Assembly: GCF_009914755.1 (NCBI RefSeq)
Contig: NC_060930.1
Length of the DNA stretch: 64,000 bases
Reading direction: 5' to 3' (one strand)
Source: the human T2T-CHM13v2.0 reference genome, Homo sapiens
Below the pieces are notes generated by a model. That model was not told where the DNA came from and ran no database searches. It was given only the letters and a program-made list of their open reading frames with translations. Of the stretch, positions 16,245 to 30,850 are shown piece by piece. A program made the position numbers and the translations under genes. Each line of letters begins with the position of its first letter. The first letter of the stretch is position 1.

Positions 16245-16930
16245 CTTCTTTGGACTAAGAGCCTAAGGACCATGAACTTTGCAAGGGCTTGCTAAAATGT
16301 TTGAGTTCAGAAAGGAAAATATGTTAGCCTAAAAATAATAAACAATAATTCCCTGCTAAGTTATAATGGATAATTGTTGAATCATGTATCTTCCAAAGCT
16401 AACATTATGTTAACTAATTTAATGCCACTCTTCTAGTTATATGTTAATATAATAATCTTTAAAACAAAAAAGAATTCTTTATTCTTCATACAACTAAAGA
16501 AAAAATACAAAATTTATTAAGACAATTTGCAGCATAATAATATATTTAAGGTGGAATATTGATAATATTTAATGTTTACTGTGAAGCTGTATGAAACCTA
16601 AACAAGGAAAAACTACAGAAGTCTTTTTTAAAGTCCTGGACATTTAGCAATTAATTAACCTTTGCAGGTTCATTAGTCAACAAAATTTCTTGGAAGAACT
16701 ATCTACTTTGAATATTGTCAGGGTCAAAGGTAACTTGGAAACACTCCAGAGTAATGAATAGTGGGTATTTAATACATTACTTATTCATAGTGGGAGTAGA
16801 CTTAGAACTGTTTCTGGAAAATAATTTCACTTTGCCAAGTGATACATCTATGACCCACTATGTGAAAAGAGGAAAGTTGTATTTGTAAGTTTCATTTGCA
16901 CTTCTTGGTTGATTTCTATAGTAAGAAATC
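16245..16930. mobile_element. Ancient hAT-Tip100 element (MER115/Zaphod-like)
   Basis: GCCTAAGGACCATGAACTTTGCAAGGGCTTGCTAAAATGTTTGAG and AAAGTCCTGGACATTTAGCAATTAATTAACC resemble the remembered MER115 consensus. Confidence 0.5.
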
Positions 16931-18244
16931 AACTGCTCAAGTGTTTCCTATAATTAAACATATTCAGCTGGTTTCTCAGTGCTTATCAGAAACTCTGATG
17001 ATAGAAGTGATATTTATGGAGTATTGCAGGAAAAACCTATAGTCCATCTATCCTTCCAGATAAACAATTGGAATCCCCAAATCTGCAGTCAACAACTGAT
17101 GAATGGGATTTAAAAGATGCATCATTCAAATGCAGCTGTGGGTTAAAACAAAAATCTATCAACTCTCCTAAATTATACAAAAATATTTGCATATGTGAAT
17201 ATGTGTGATTTTTCTAAGGTGAAGGTCTATAACTTTCATAATCTTCTCAAAGGGATTCATGTATTAAAGAAAAAATAAACCCTGCCTTAGATTATCTCCT
17301 TGGATCCAGCCAGACTATCAGAGTATATATACTTAATTGTATTATCTTAAGCCTCATCCTTCCCTATTCTTATTCATTTACCTACTTCTTGGCTGAGAAT
17401 AAGCCTACCTGAACTAGGTTTCAATTTTAAATCCAAAGTTCTGTAGGGATTTTGAGAAATAAACTTGTGAAATTTTTAACTGCATCTGTGTTTTTAAAGA
17501 GGATCCATTTGAGAAAATTCTTTCAGAGTGAATCTTTAGGAAAGACTTCCCTTCTACCACAAAACTGACAATGTTTTCTTTTTTTCTGAAGAAAAGTCTA
17601 GAATCATCTCTGAATGCCAAAAGCCATTTGAGGGTTCATGCTACTTGCATAGTTGTGCCCACTCCTGTTCCTCTTGGTCCTTGTTTCCACTTTCTACTCT
17701 TCTTGATATTTTCTTCTCATTCTTAGTTGTATTTTTTACTTTTGTGCACGTCATTGAGATAAGCCTCCTCAAAAAAGAGCCAAGGGGGAAACAAACGAAA
17801 ATCCAACTTGCAAATGGGAAAGTTAAATTTCAGTTAAGTAGCTACACCAAAGTAACAGAACTTATCCCAGGTAAAGGTGACTACTCAAACCCAGGCTGCT
17901 CATATACCAGGCTTATTCTTTTAATAGTTCACCATATAGATGGTTCAAAGTGCTGCTTATTGGCAATGCAACTTGAATATAGATCTTCAGGAAACACTCC
18001 TACCCTCTATTATTCCCCAGGTTATAAAACAACATCCCGTTTAGCTCTCCAGAAATATCATGCTCTTACTTATAGGCAACATAGTGACTATGCAATATTT
18101 CTTCCCTATTATAATATTTCTATATTTAAAATAGTATTTTGGGGTGGTAACAGAGTGCAAGACAAAAGGAGGAGCAGAAAAGCTTGGATGTATGTCTTTT
18201 GCTCTCTCTGCCCGTGCCCCCTCCTGCAAAGAGAAATAAAGTAG

Positions 18245-18465
18245 CGTGGTCATTAAGAATGTGAAGTCTAGAGCCAAACGGATTATGAAGTCCAGCTCTG
18301 CACTGACCAGATGTGTGACCAAGGGAAAGTTACTTAAACTCTCTGTGCACAATAAAGGTGATTATCATTTACTGTATAAGACTGTTGTAAATATTAAGGA
18401 GTTAATATATGTGAAAGACTTACAACAGTGCCTGGTATATAGTAGGAACTCAGTTAAGTATTATA
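18245..18465 (+). mobile_element. MIR
   Basis: TCCAGCTCTGCACTGACCAGATGTGTGACCAAGGGAAAGTTACTTAAACTCTCTGTGC...ACAGTGCCTGGTATATAGTAGG. Confidence 0.8.
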
Positions 18466-19619
18466 TATTAAAGTTACTACCAGGATTATGAATAGGTACT
18501 ACATAAACATTCTCAACTTGCAGAAAGAGACACCACATAGGAAAGACAATTGTTTCTCCTACATGTAAAAAGAATTAGACTCAGAGTTTTACAAGACACC
18601 GTATTTCCACCAGGTCAAAATACAATGGGCACAGAGATGGGCTTAAAAAAATTCCAGATGGCATATGTGGATACAAATCAAGGCCAATGACTGAATTTCA
18701 AGCCATTTCTCTGGTACTTGCCCAAATCTATTCTGGATGAGAACAGAAGGAACAGAGTGGGCTGTGGAAAGAAGCCATTGAAATCGCGTACACAGGGCTG
18801 TTGTTCCAACTTTGGAGGTTGGAGTAAAGCCACCTCAAAGATTTGGCCTTGTATGTTTGTGATCCTAGGAAATTTCCCCAGCATTAAAGTTATGCTTCAG
18901 GGAAGAGAAAGAAGTAAAGATTTTTGTATCTGTAAATAAGGCTGTTGCTATGTGTGAGTGGCAATGTTCCATAGACATAGCTATTTTCACTTTCTTGTGG
19001 TCCACCCATGAATTACAAAGCACAAAAGGGTGTTTCCGTTCCAGTTGAAAATTGCTTTTGGCAGAGTTATCTGACACAGTTTTTCAATGAGCCACAGGAC
19101 CTGTCACCTCAATCATTTTGCTTTCCCTTTCATCCTCCTACAAAAGTGATTTGAAAGAGGGAGGGTAACTGATCAGATGAAGCTAAGGGATATGTGAGCA
19201 TGTTAATAATAACCTGTCGACACCTGGAATAGCCAGATGCAAACACACTGGATTAGTGGTGAGATGGGCTCCTACAATGTTCATACCCTGATCCACTGTA
19301 ATCTCTGTGCAACTGTCACTCTTCCTCCTCCCATCCTGAGAACCATTTTATCATCAATATCATGAAAATCAATAGCAAATAGCAAATCCCCCACCCTCTT
19401 TGTAAGGATATACAAGGCACACAAATGATAAAAATTCACCCTTGGCCTCCTTGATTCCCCAAATAATTAATAAAGTTGCTCCAGAATATTCCTTATTGGG
19501 AGTAACATAATCAAACAATGATCAAATATTTCATAGCCCTTTCAAAGCAACAAAGTCCAGATCTTAAAATTGACCCTACTGTAGCTACTGAAAATAAGTG
19601 GAGGTCTTCTGAGTCACAG

Positions 19620-19810
19620 TTAAAATGGGCTACCTTAGTATTGTTCCAAATATTTTACTTATGTAAATTTAGACTTCTATAAAAACCTCATGAGATTGAT
19701 ACCATGATTATCACCCTTTTATAGACCAACTATGTTTGCACAACGAATCAAGTGTTAGAGGTGAGATTCACACCCAGGCAGTTTGGCTCCAGTTGCTCCT
19801 CTCCACCATA
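19620..19810 (-). mobile_element. MIR
   Basis: AACCTCATGAG...ATTATCACCCTTTTATAGA...GATTCACACCCAGGCAGTTTGGCTCCAG. Confidence 0.65.
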
Positions 19811-20403
19811 TGATGCCGTCTCTGTGACAAACAGAAAGCATCAGTGGTACTTAGTTTCTGAGAGGCAGTGATAAGTGAGAATTCATTGAGTCTTGTTACC
19901 TTCTCATAGATCAACTGCGGTAGAAGTATAGAAATCCAGGGGTGCAAAGTGATGCTAGAAATCACTTAGGCCCAGGGACATCTTGCAGTTTCCCTTTCAT
20001 CCTTCTACATCCTCTCTGGTGAGACACCCAGAGCTCAACATCTGGGCTTCCTCTCTCCTTGTCTAATACCCCATTTCTCATACCATGGATGACTAATCAG
20101 TGTGCATTTCAGGGGAAATATTTTTGTAATATTATTTTACCTCCTGTCCTACTGTTCCTGCTTCTGCGTGGTGTTTCCTCTCCAGTGCCTCCTTCTTGGT
20201 GAAGTGGCACACTGGAAGAATGGGCAGATGGTCAGGACACCAAGGTTTGAGTCCTGACTCTGATATTTTCTGGCTATGTGAAACTAGGCAAAACTCCTTA
20301 CCTCTCAGACCCTCTATTTTCCATCTATTAATATATATTGGTATTAAATACTGGCCTTTTATTGTGTCACTGGGTTTTCTCAAGAATAAAGATTTCTGGG
20401 TCT

Positions 20404-20567
20404 CTAGGTCTTTAAACTGTGGTCCACAGCCCAACAGCAATGGCATCACTCATTGCTGATTGGAAATGAAGAATCTCAGGGTTGACATCAGACCTATTGA
20501 ATTGAAATCTGCATTTTAATAAGGTCTTCAAGGGATTTGTGTGCATATTAAAGTTTAAAAATCACTG
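20404..20567 (+). mobile_element. MER5A1-like hAT-Charlie MITE
   Basis: AAACTGTGGTCC...CAGACCTATTGAATTGAAATCTGCATTTTAATAAG...GTGCATATTAAAGTTTAAAAATCACTG. Confidence 0.8.
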
Positions 20568-21468
20568 TGAATGTTTCACAACTGACACTGCAGTTCAGAT
20601 AAAGGGGTTGCTATTTCTTTTCATGTCTACTTCCTCTCTCCCATTTGCTGCTCTAAAAGGGCAATTCAGGTCACCAGTCTCTTACTCTTGGAATTTGGAA
20701 TTAGGAACTTTTTGTATATTAAAAAGGCCATACACTACATATATTGTATATTATTTAACACCCTCACTGGGGTCTGTGGTGGTGCCTTGAAATAAAACAC
20801 AGTGACTATTAATTACATTGAATGGAATAAATATTTTAAAAATAGCCACATGGCATCTCCAGTGAGTTTTCACCTTCAAATGTGTTTACTACAAACTTGG
20901 AAAATAACTTCTGAGTTTCAGAGCTTTTTGGGTTTTGGAATGGTTGATGGGGACTGGGCATATGAACTTCTCAGGGAAACCTTGACCTCCGTCTGGGAGA
21001 GGTGTGAGGTATGAGTCTCAGCCTGAGCAGCTTCTCCCAGGGTAAAGCCTGTGTGGACCACAGCTGGACTAGACATGGGCAGATGAGAGACTGGCATGGA
21101 GCACCCTGAGATCCTCTCAGACACTATCCAGGACATCCTGGTTCTGCAGGAGCCCATCAACTGCCCCAAACAAGAGGCAGATTTATGGTTTAAGGAAAAC
21201 CATTTTCTCACTGGTCTTGTAATATGAAGCCTGAGGAAAGAGTGGAGTAAGCAAGAGGCATAGACAGTTCTCCATATCACACAAAAGAATGCTTGTCTCC
21301 TAAAAAAGGGGGGACTCAGCTTTTGGCGTTTTTTTGGGTTCAAATCATCCAAAAATCTAATAAAAACCCAAAGAGAAAATGTATTTCATAGAAGATACTG
21401 ATGAGGAGTTTTTTATTTAAATCAAAGCAAAACCTGTGCCTATGATAAAACTTCTCTAAAAGAATGAA

Positions 21469-22905
21469 GACTGGAGGCATCATGCTACCTGACTTCAAAC
21501 TATACTACAAGGCTACAATAAGCAAAACAGAATGGTACTGATACCAAAACAGATATATAGACCAATGGAACAGAACAGAGGCCTCAGAAATAACACCACA
21601 CATCTACAACCATCTGATCTTTGACAAACCTGACAAAAACAAGCAATGGAGAAAGGATTCCCTATTTAATAAATGGTGCTGGGAAAACTGGCTAGCCATA
21701 TGTAGAAAGCTGAAACTGGATCCTTTCCTTACACTGTATACAAAAATCAACTCAAGATGGATTAAAGCCTTAAATGTAAGACCTAACACCATAAAAACCT
21801 AGAAGAAAACCTAGACAATACCATTCAGGATATAGGCATGGTCAAAGACTTTATGACTAAAACACCAAAAGCAATGGCAACAAAAGCCAAAATTGACAAA
21901 TGGGTTCTAATTAAACTAAAGAGCTTCTGCACAGCAAAAGAAACTATCATCAGAGTGAACAGACAACCTACAGAATGTGAGAATTTGTTTGCAATCTACC
22001 TATCTGACAAAGGGCTAATATCCAGAATCTACAAGGAACTTAAACAAATTTACAAGAAAAAGACAACCCCATCAAAAAGTGGGCAAAGGATATGAACAGA
22101 CACTTCTCAAAAGAAGACATTTTTGCAGCCAAGAGACATTTGAAAAAATACTCATCATCACTGGTCATCAGAGAAATGCAAATCAAAACGACAATGAGAT
22201 ATCATCTCACGCCAGTTAGAATGGCAATCATTAAAAAGTCAGGAAACAACAGGTGCTGGAGAGGATGTGGAGAAATAGGAACACTTTTACCCTTTTGGTG
22301 GGAGTATAAACTAGTTCAACCATTGTTGAAGAAAATGTGGCTATTCCTCAAGGCTCTAGAACTAGAAATACCATTTGACCCAGCAATCCTATTACTGGGC
22401 ATATACCCAAAGGATTATAAATCATTCTATGATAAAGACACATGCACACGCATGTTTATTGCTGCACTATTCACAATAGCAAAGACTTGGAACCAACCCA
22501 AATGTCCATCAATGATAGACTGGATTAAGAAAATGTGGCACATATACACCATGGAATACTATGCAGCCACAAAAAAGGATGAGTTCATGTCCTTTGCAGG
22601 GACATGGATGAAGCTGGAAACCATCATTCTAAGCAAACTATCACAAGGACGGAAAACCAAAAACCACATGTTCTCACTTATAGGTAGGAATTCAACAATG
22701 AGAACACATGGACACAGGGTGGGGAACATCACACACTGGGGCTGGTCAGGGGGTGGGGGCCTGGGGGAGGGATAGCATTAGGAGAAATACCTAAAGTAAA
22801 TGATGAGTTGATGGGTGCAGCAAACCAACACGGCACATGTATACCTATGTAATGAACCTGCACATTGTGCACGTGTACCCTAGAACTTAAAGTATAAAAA
22901 AAAAA
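21469..22905 (+). mobile_element. 5'-truncated L1PA5/L1PA6-type
   Basis: ORF2 C-terminal remnants, 3'UTR and A-tail; candidate TSD AAAAGAATGA (21458-21467) / AAAAGAAGGA (22902-22911). Confidence 0.92.
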
Positions 22906-23464
22906 GAAGGATTGCACCTCTCAAGCTAATTCTTTGCCCTTTCCACTCTTTTTACACACTACCCTAAACGTGTTCAAATTATGTCTGGAGGGCTCCAGCA
23001 GGCAGAACATTTGGTTATATTCTCTAACATGGAACCCTTTGTTGTAGCCCTGCTGGAAGAAAAGGAAAGGCAGGGATGTGGGGACCATTAGTGTAACTTT
23101 ATCACCAATATTTTCTAAGAAAAGGTCCACCTAAAATGAAAAATCCTTTGAAGAACTTACAAGTTGTAAAAAACGGACGAGAATAAGGTTTCCAGTTCAG
23201 AATATTTAACTTCTGATCTTAGCTCTTCCAAACTGCTGGGAGGAATTGAAACATTCTTCTGTATTTGTCTATGGTCCAAAGCATTTGGTGGATAGGTGGT
23301 TCTGGGAAATATGGACTACTGGGGGTATGACCTTTCTATCAGAAATATCCACCACTTACTGCAAGAATTCTTTCAGAGACAGTGAGACTGATACAACCAG
23401 TTTCAATGGAGTCAGCTCTGGAACATGTACAAAAGCTCATGTCTGATGACATCCAGAGCTTTTT

Positions 23465-23650
23465 CTTATCAGCGTAACACCTTCAGTTTTACTACTTCAC
23501 TTAAATCTTCATCAAATCTTAGGAGATTATTGCCCCCATGCTACAGAGCAGAAAACTGAAGTTCAAGGAGGTTAAGCAAATTGCTAAAGGTTGCATAGCT
23601 AGAACCTGGGTCTGGCTGATTCCAAAAAGTGTGCTCTTAACCACTATGTG
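23465..23650 (-). mobile_element. MIR
   Basis: ATTATTGCCCCCATGCTACAGAGCAGAAAACTGAAGTTCAAGGAGGTTAAGCAAATTGCTAAAGGTT. Confidence 0.7.
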
Positions 23651-24127
23651 GTTTCTAGATTTGTTTGGAGCCTAAGATTTGTTTTAGGAGGCCTAGAGTT
23701 CAGAGCATAGGTGGAAGCACTGTATATAGCAGGGCTGGGCAGGCAACTCAAGTGCTGCCCATTGAAAAGATGTTGGGTGAAGAGGGAGAGAGGGTGGCAG
23801 TGCTGGGATTCATATGCCCACAGAAGATGATTTATGGCTCCCTTTCAACCTAACTCATGTGTCCCTTCCAGGGATATAAGTGAGATAATCATAGGATTAT
23901 AATGATGAAATAAAACTCCTAAAGCCATCCAATCTATCCCTCTGCCTTCAGGCATTGATTGGTTCATTTAAACTAGACTATTTTCTCCCTTTGTTTGAAG
24001 ATCTTAAGAGGAGGAATTTCCAAATCACTCAGATACCTGTGAATAGGGGCTCATAGGTCTCATAGCAATTAATCTTTTTGTGATGATAAATCACAAATTG
24101 CCAAGCATTTATTGAATTCCTATGCAA

Positions 24128-24128
<1 letters not shown>

Positions 24129-24170
<42 letters not shown>
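24129..24170. repeat. (TG)21 perfect microsatellite
   Basis: Read directly. Confidence 0.97.
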
Positions 24171-24173
<3 letters not shown>

Positions 24174-24907
24174 TTTAGATGTTTTCAGAGAGTCATAGAT
24201 AGCTTGTTCTTAGGTTTCTTACAATATTCTTGGATCAACAAGGGTAGTACAATTGCAAAAATTAAAGCTCAGTAAAAATACGTTACAAAATTACATGCTA
24301 AGAACCAGCATTCTGCTTCTTTTCTGCCAGAAATTAGCCATGTGACTCTGTACAAGTCATTAGGCCTCTCTAATATTTAGCTGCCTTTTCTGTAAAGTGA
24401 GGGGTTGGATGACCTTGTCATCATGTTTGCTCAGCAGCATGAGGACTGCAGATTCTAATACAATGGGGGAGACTTTGAGGGTAATAAGAGCTCAGAAGAG
24501 GAGTGATCCTGGAAGGACTAGTTTGTTAAGGTGCTGGAAAGGAGGAAGGACTTTAGTTTGTTCCTGCAAAATGGGTAGCCTTGGCCTAGTGAGAAATAAA
24601 GGCACTCCAGAAAAACAGCATGAAGATGGAAGGACTTGCTGACCAGCAAGTGAAGGGCCAGCTGAGAGCAGAGATAAAAAGAAAAGGGTGGGACCAAATC
24701 ACTTCAAATTATATTTAGATCTGAAGTGTTTGGGTTAGAGGTGGCATAACATTAACAGCAACAACAACAACAAAAGCTTCTTGAGAAAGGTAAAAATCAG
24801 AGAGAAAATAATTACATAAAGGGAGTGTCTTCAATATTACAGGCCCTAGGCTAGCTGACTTAAATATATAATACAACTATCCAAAAAGTAAGGATTCGCT
24901 TCTCCAT

Positions 24908-25623
<716 letters not shown>

Positions 25624-25759
25624 TCCATCCTACAGATGATAAAACAAGGTTCAGAAAGATTATGTAATTTTTCTCTAGTCATCCTGTAAGTAAATGGTCA
25701 CAAAGCTTGAAATTTCTGAATGCAGAAGCATGTAAAATAGCATGTGTTGTGGAAATTTC

Positions 25760-26360
25760 ATGAAAACATAGTGAGAATTGCCTAGCATTAAGGAAACTGG
25801 AGAAGTGTTGAGGTAATGTAAACTTAAAGGTAGTAGGACAAGAGAGGAGGCAGATATTTGAAAGAAATAATCTGGAAGATAAAGGGAAGGTGGATTGGTG
25901 ATGGATGAAACTAGAAATGGATAAATAAAAGATGACTGCAATGTTTGGAATATGAAAAATTTGGACATCCTTGATTTCACTGATATCAGGTAGGAAGAGA
26001 AGCTGGTTTGGAGATGAAGGTGACTTAGCTTGGCTATGTGGAGTCTCAGGTGAAACTGATTTTCTTGATTGGCCATGTCCAGAAGGATGCTGGTGCAGTA
26101 AGTGTAGGGATCTTGGCATAATGGCAGAGCTGAAGAGAAAGCTCTGGGAATTATTAGCAAAGAGAGATCATTCATTGAAATCTCAAAGAAGAGGAAACTC
26201 TGCAATGAAAATAAAAGAGAACACTCCTAGGAGGTGGGTGGAAAGAGCAAGAGAAATCTACATCAGAGACAGAGTACTCAAGAAGGACAAAAGAATATTA
26301 GGAAAGAAGAATATCTAGAAGCTGAGGGGAAATTGACACAGGAAAGTGGGGTGAAGGGAG
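25760..26360 (-). mobile_element. L2 relic
   Basis: Purine-rich L2 antisense motifs (TTTCACTGATATCAGG...GGTTTGGAGATGAAG...CAGGTGAAA...); boundaries approximate. Confidence 0.6.
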
Positions 26361-28448
26361 GAAGAAGGGGTGTTCGGGACCTGTTAATCCTCAGAAATCC
26401 TAATTACAACAGAGAAGTCTATTCAAATGAAGATAGAAAAATCCACATGATTTTTTTCATCATTTCAAAGATCTTTTTTATTTTGTTATTTCTTCAGGCA
26501 AATGGTATAACTATGATCCTTGAGTTTTCCACAAGAGAAGAGATGCATTTAAGAACTTGCTGTGATATAAATTTATGCCTGAAAACATACACTTTTCTGG
26601 GTTTCCATAGGGTGTTAATTGCTGAAATTGTTGCCTAGATCTTTGTAGTGCTTGCACGCTCATTCAATAACTATTTAAGTTCCTGGATGAGCCAGGCCCT
26701 GTGCTAGGCATCAGTGCTGCAGAGAAGCGGGTGGAGTCTCCCCTCTCTACTCACCCACGAGTCATATTATTAGCCCAGCTAGACAAAGGGAGCAGCAGAG
26801 GAAAAAGAGTGCTCTTGGGACATGGAGGCCAGATAGTGGCTGAACCAGCTTCAGTTTCAAGCTCTGCTTCTATAATCAGTAAGGGCTGGGGATAAATTGC
26901 AATTCATTTCCAGTGTGAACTTCGATAGCATAAACAAGCCCAAACTGTATATGAACTCTAGCCCAGGAAGCCATTTTCCTCAAGCCAGATTGGCAGGGAG
27001 CTCAGGGGCTTTGCCCCTTTCCCCTGCAGAGATCATCTGTTGGGATCAGGTGGGTGTCTCCCCAGCAATCAATATCCTGGGAGAGCTGCCGGGACAGGAA
27101 AGGACAGCAAATGGGCTGGAGAGGTCTTGATTTCTCTTTCTTTGCTTAGTTCCTTCACCTTTCAAATACAGTGCTTGCCCACTTGCTTTGAAAAGGTAAA
27201 TCCAGACTGTTTGAAATTAGTACAGATTTAATTATATACAACATGTACTCTCTCTTCCCTTGATACTCATTTCACAGACAAGCAGGAGTTTTGGAAAATC
27301 ACAGTAGCTTCTTTGCAGATAGCTCTCTCCATCCCCCACCCCATCTCTGCTGTACTACTTATACACACAGAAGCTTTTATAATCTATATGTTTTTATGCA
27401 TGTAGCCGAATATGAAGGAAGGAAAAAAAACCTTTCAAAATATTAATCATCTTCTATTTTTCTTCGTCAGATGAAAATTTCCTGCACTTTTGTCCATGTA
27501 AACGCAAAATTATCCTCCTGTAAGTTGAGGTGGTGGCAGTTCCTGAACACAGTTATATTTTGCAGATAACAGGATTAGCTTGGATGTGGGTAATAAGTTG
27601 GTGAATCTCCCCCCGGCCATTTCTCAACACTGTGAGAGCACTAATCCTTTATGCTTTGATGTCTTCTAGTTTTCCATCAGGTGCGCCACGGACTATTTGT
27701 CCTGGGGCAGTCAGCTCTCTTATAAGATCTCATAGTGTCCTCATTAGCTGCGCCTATTTACCCAGCCAGCCTGTTGAACCCAATTTATAGTTTATGTGAT
27801 TAATTCCCAAAGTACAGTAAACCCTAGCTCTAAGGCTCTCTATTATATGACTGCATCTCCTTTAAGGGCAAACACAAGCTTCAGCTCTTTTGCTATATGA
27901 CTGCATCATATATAATACACTAATAATTTTACTCTCGACGACACATTAAACATCTTTCTATACACTTTCTTTACAGCACACAGTTCATAAAGAAAAGAAT
28001 GTTCCACACTGAACTGTAAAGTGCTAACTATATGAGGGAGTCATTTGGGTTTTTTGCTTTAAAAAATTATTTTTGCTGAAATTACCACATAGCATTACTA
28101 TCAGGTTGAATGGTGAATCGGCAAACCACATTACTGTACCACTCTTTATCTACTAAATTATAAGTTTGAAAAGGCTTAAGAGGTAATGTGGCAGCACAAA
28201 CCCATGGGCTCCTTTTCATCTTTAACATGCAGGCTTGGAAGATAAAAGATTTAAGTGTGCAAGTGTGTATGTGCACGTGCATGTGTGTGAAGAGGGTGAG
28301 AGAGCAAGACAAAGACAGAAGGCAAAATGAAGAGAGCAGCACTCAAGGCAACCTATGTCAACTTTGTTGGAATTTTTTCCTGTAGCAAAAAAGAATTAAG
28401 GAAAAGTCACTTACAATTGGTATGAGGTTAAAAAAAATACCACTACAC

Positions 28449-28653
28449 TAGTAGTTTTCATCGAGGGTTATCTCCAGGGACATTTGGCAATGTCTGGAGA
28501 TGTTTTGGTTGTCACAACTGGGTGGGGGTGTGTGTGCTACTGGCATCTATTGGGTAGAGGCCAGAAATAATCTAAACATCCTACAGTTAGCCCCCTACAA
28601 CAAAAGAATTATTCAGCCCCCAATGCCAATGGTGTTGAGGTTGAGAAATTCTG
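28449..28653 (+). mobile_element. MER20 (hAT-Charlie MITE)
   Basis: CCAGGGACATTTGGCAATGTCTGGAGATGTTTTGGTTGTCACAACTGGG...TGCTACTGGCATCTATTGGGTAGAGGCCAG...GAGGTTGAGAAATTCTG. Confidence 0.9.
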
Positions 28654-29236
28654 CCAATCATTTATGTTTTTAAATCTTAACTGACCTCAAAGTTGAGGAA
28701 GCATGAAGAAATAGTTGACATCTGGCATCTACCTATCTTGGGTTTTTCAGAGTAAGTAGATAAGGGCTGATTATTTCTACTGTGAATTGTTTATGCCTCT
28801 CACTTTCTGCCATCTAATTTGGTACATAACAAATCTAATGGGTGGGCGAGCAAAGAAAAGTGTGAGGTATGATTCAACCTCCTTCAGTTTTCTACTGGTT
28901 GCTAGTTCTGAGAAAACATTTGATGGACTAAGATGTGGAAAGAAATGTCTTTGAAACTATATGTGGATTTATTATTCATATTACCTCTATTCTATTTCAA
29001 TTTCTCTGTTTATATTACCTCTACTCTCCATTGCTATTAGAATAGAAAACTAGAGACATTTGCTGATGTGTTAACCTGTCCAACACATGAGTTACTAATC
29101 TCATAATTCTTCTTTCTCCATTTCCACAAGATCATGGTTTTCAGTTACAGATATATAAACTGAAGTGGCGAAGGGAAAAAAGGTAGCACAGAAAAGACTG
29201 AGGAATTATTGTAGCACTGTGAGAGGAAGGTCTTAG

Positions 29237-29605
<369 letters not shown>

Positions 29606-30609
29606 TGCAAAATATTTTACAACCGTACAAGGCACTAGACAAATCCCTAAAGGGACTAGTTTTCCTTCTATTACAGTTGTATGGAGTAAGTTATTGCTCT
29701 AGAGAATACAACATCTTAGAGAAACATTTCGTTTTCAGGTTTGTGTTCTATGGACCTGCCCATGAAGTTTCCACTCAACATTCAGGGTCCCATGATAACC
29801 ACTTGGAGTTTATTGTTAAGTATGTACTCTCACTAAATGTATAGCATAAAAGAGCTTTAGTTTCCTCTAACCTACCACCCTCACATTTCTTTGGAAATTG
29901 AGGATCTTTGACCATGTGAGATCCTCAGCAATCCAAATGGGACAGTGTAAAGCTTTTCTCACCAGGAAGAAAATTACATAAAAAATTGACATTTTAATTT
30001 AAAATTTAAATTTCTTTTAAAATGATGGAATGTATAAATTTTCTGGGAATGTGACATGTGGAGTGGATTCTCTCCAGGAATGTGAGGTAGTGGTCTCCAG
30101 TTTGGGAATGGTAGCATTCAGAAAAGCCAGCAAATCTCTCATTAGAGACAGTACTAACTTGGCTTTGTGTCATTTCAAATATTCTGACTCTTAGTATGCT
30201 GCCCTTTAGAATATAGATAGTAATGCTAGACACCCTCATGGAGTCTACAGGAAGAATCATTCATAAAACATACAGTAAAGTTTTTATGAAACACCATAGA
30301 ACTATAATAAATTTGTGTTTGATACTTTCCCATTCTAAAATTGTTTGACTTTATGACACAAAATCGGGAATTATTGCAATCTGTAAAAATACAGTTGGTA
30401 GCAGAAGGTCCCAAGGCAGAATTTGATTCTGAGAAAGTGATGTTGCATACTTTTTGTTTTGTTTTACAAAATAGAGTTGGTTCTTGATTTTTCTTATAAA
30501 TAGTAAATGGATATCATCTCAAGAACATGAGTCAAAATTTCCTGCAATTGAGTGACATAGGTAAGACATTTAGATATTGAAATCAGCTTACATGTTTGGA
30601 GCATGTAAT

Positions 30610-30850
30610 AATGATAGATAATATTAAGTACCTACTATATCCTAGGAACTCTGCTAAGCATTCTAGGCAGGTTGTACTATCTCTACAATAATTCTAAGAA
30701 GTAAGTTGCTATTATTGTCACCAATTTACAGATGAGTGAACTGAAGACTACAGTAGTTACAAGACATGTTAATATGCATAGGAAAAAGTCATGACAGGAT
30801 TCAAATTTGAATCTTTCTAATGCTAGAATCTGAGCCCTTAATTACCCCCT
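30610..30850 (-). mobile_element. MIR
   Basis: TTAAGTACCTACTATATCCTAGG...ATTATTGTCACCAATTTACAGATGAGTGAACTGAAG...GGATTCAAAT. Confidence 0.75.

Noticed and set aside
17645-18244. 199-aa ORF in non-L1 sequence
   Set aside because: Starts at TTG, has no recognisable domain, partly overlaps MIR-like sequence and has no supporting splice structure; likely chance.
25675-26638. Overlapping 115-176 aa ORFs
   Set aside because: They lie in decayed L2 sequence with purine/pyrimidine strand bias, give low-complexity translations and match no protein family I recognise.
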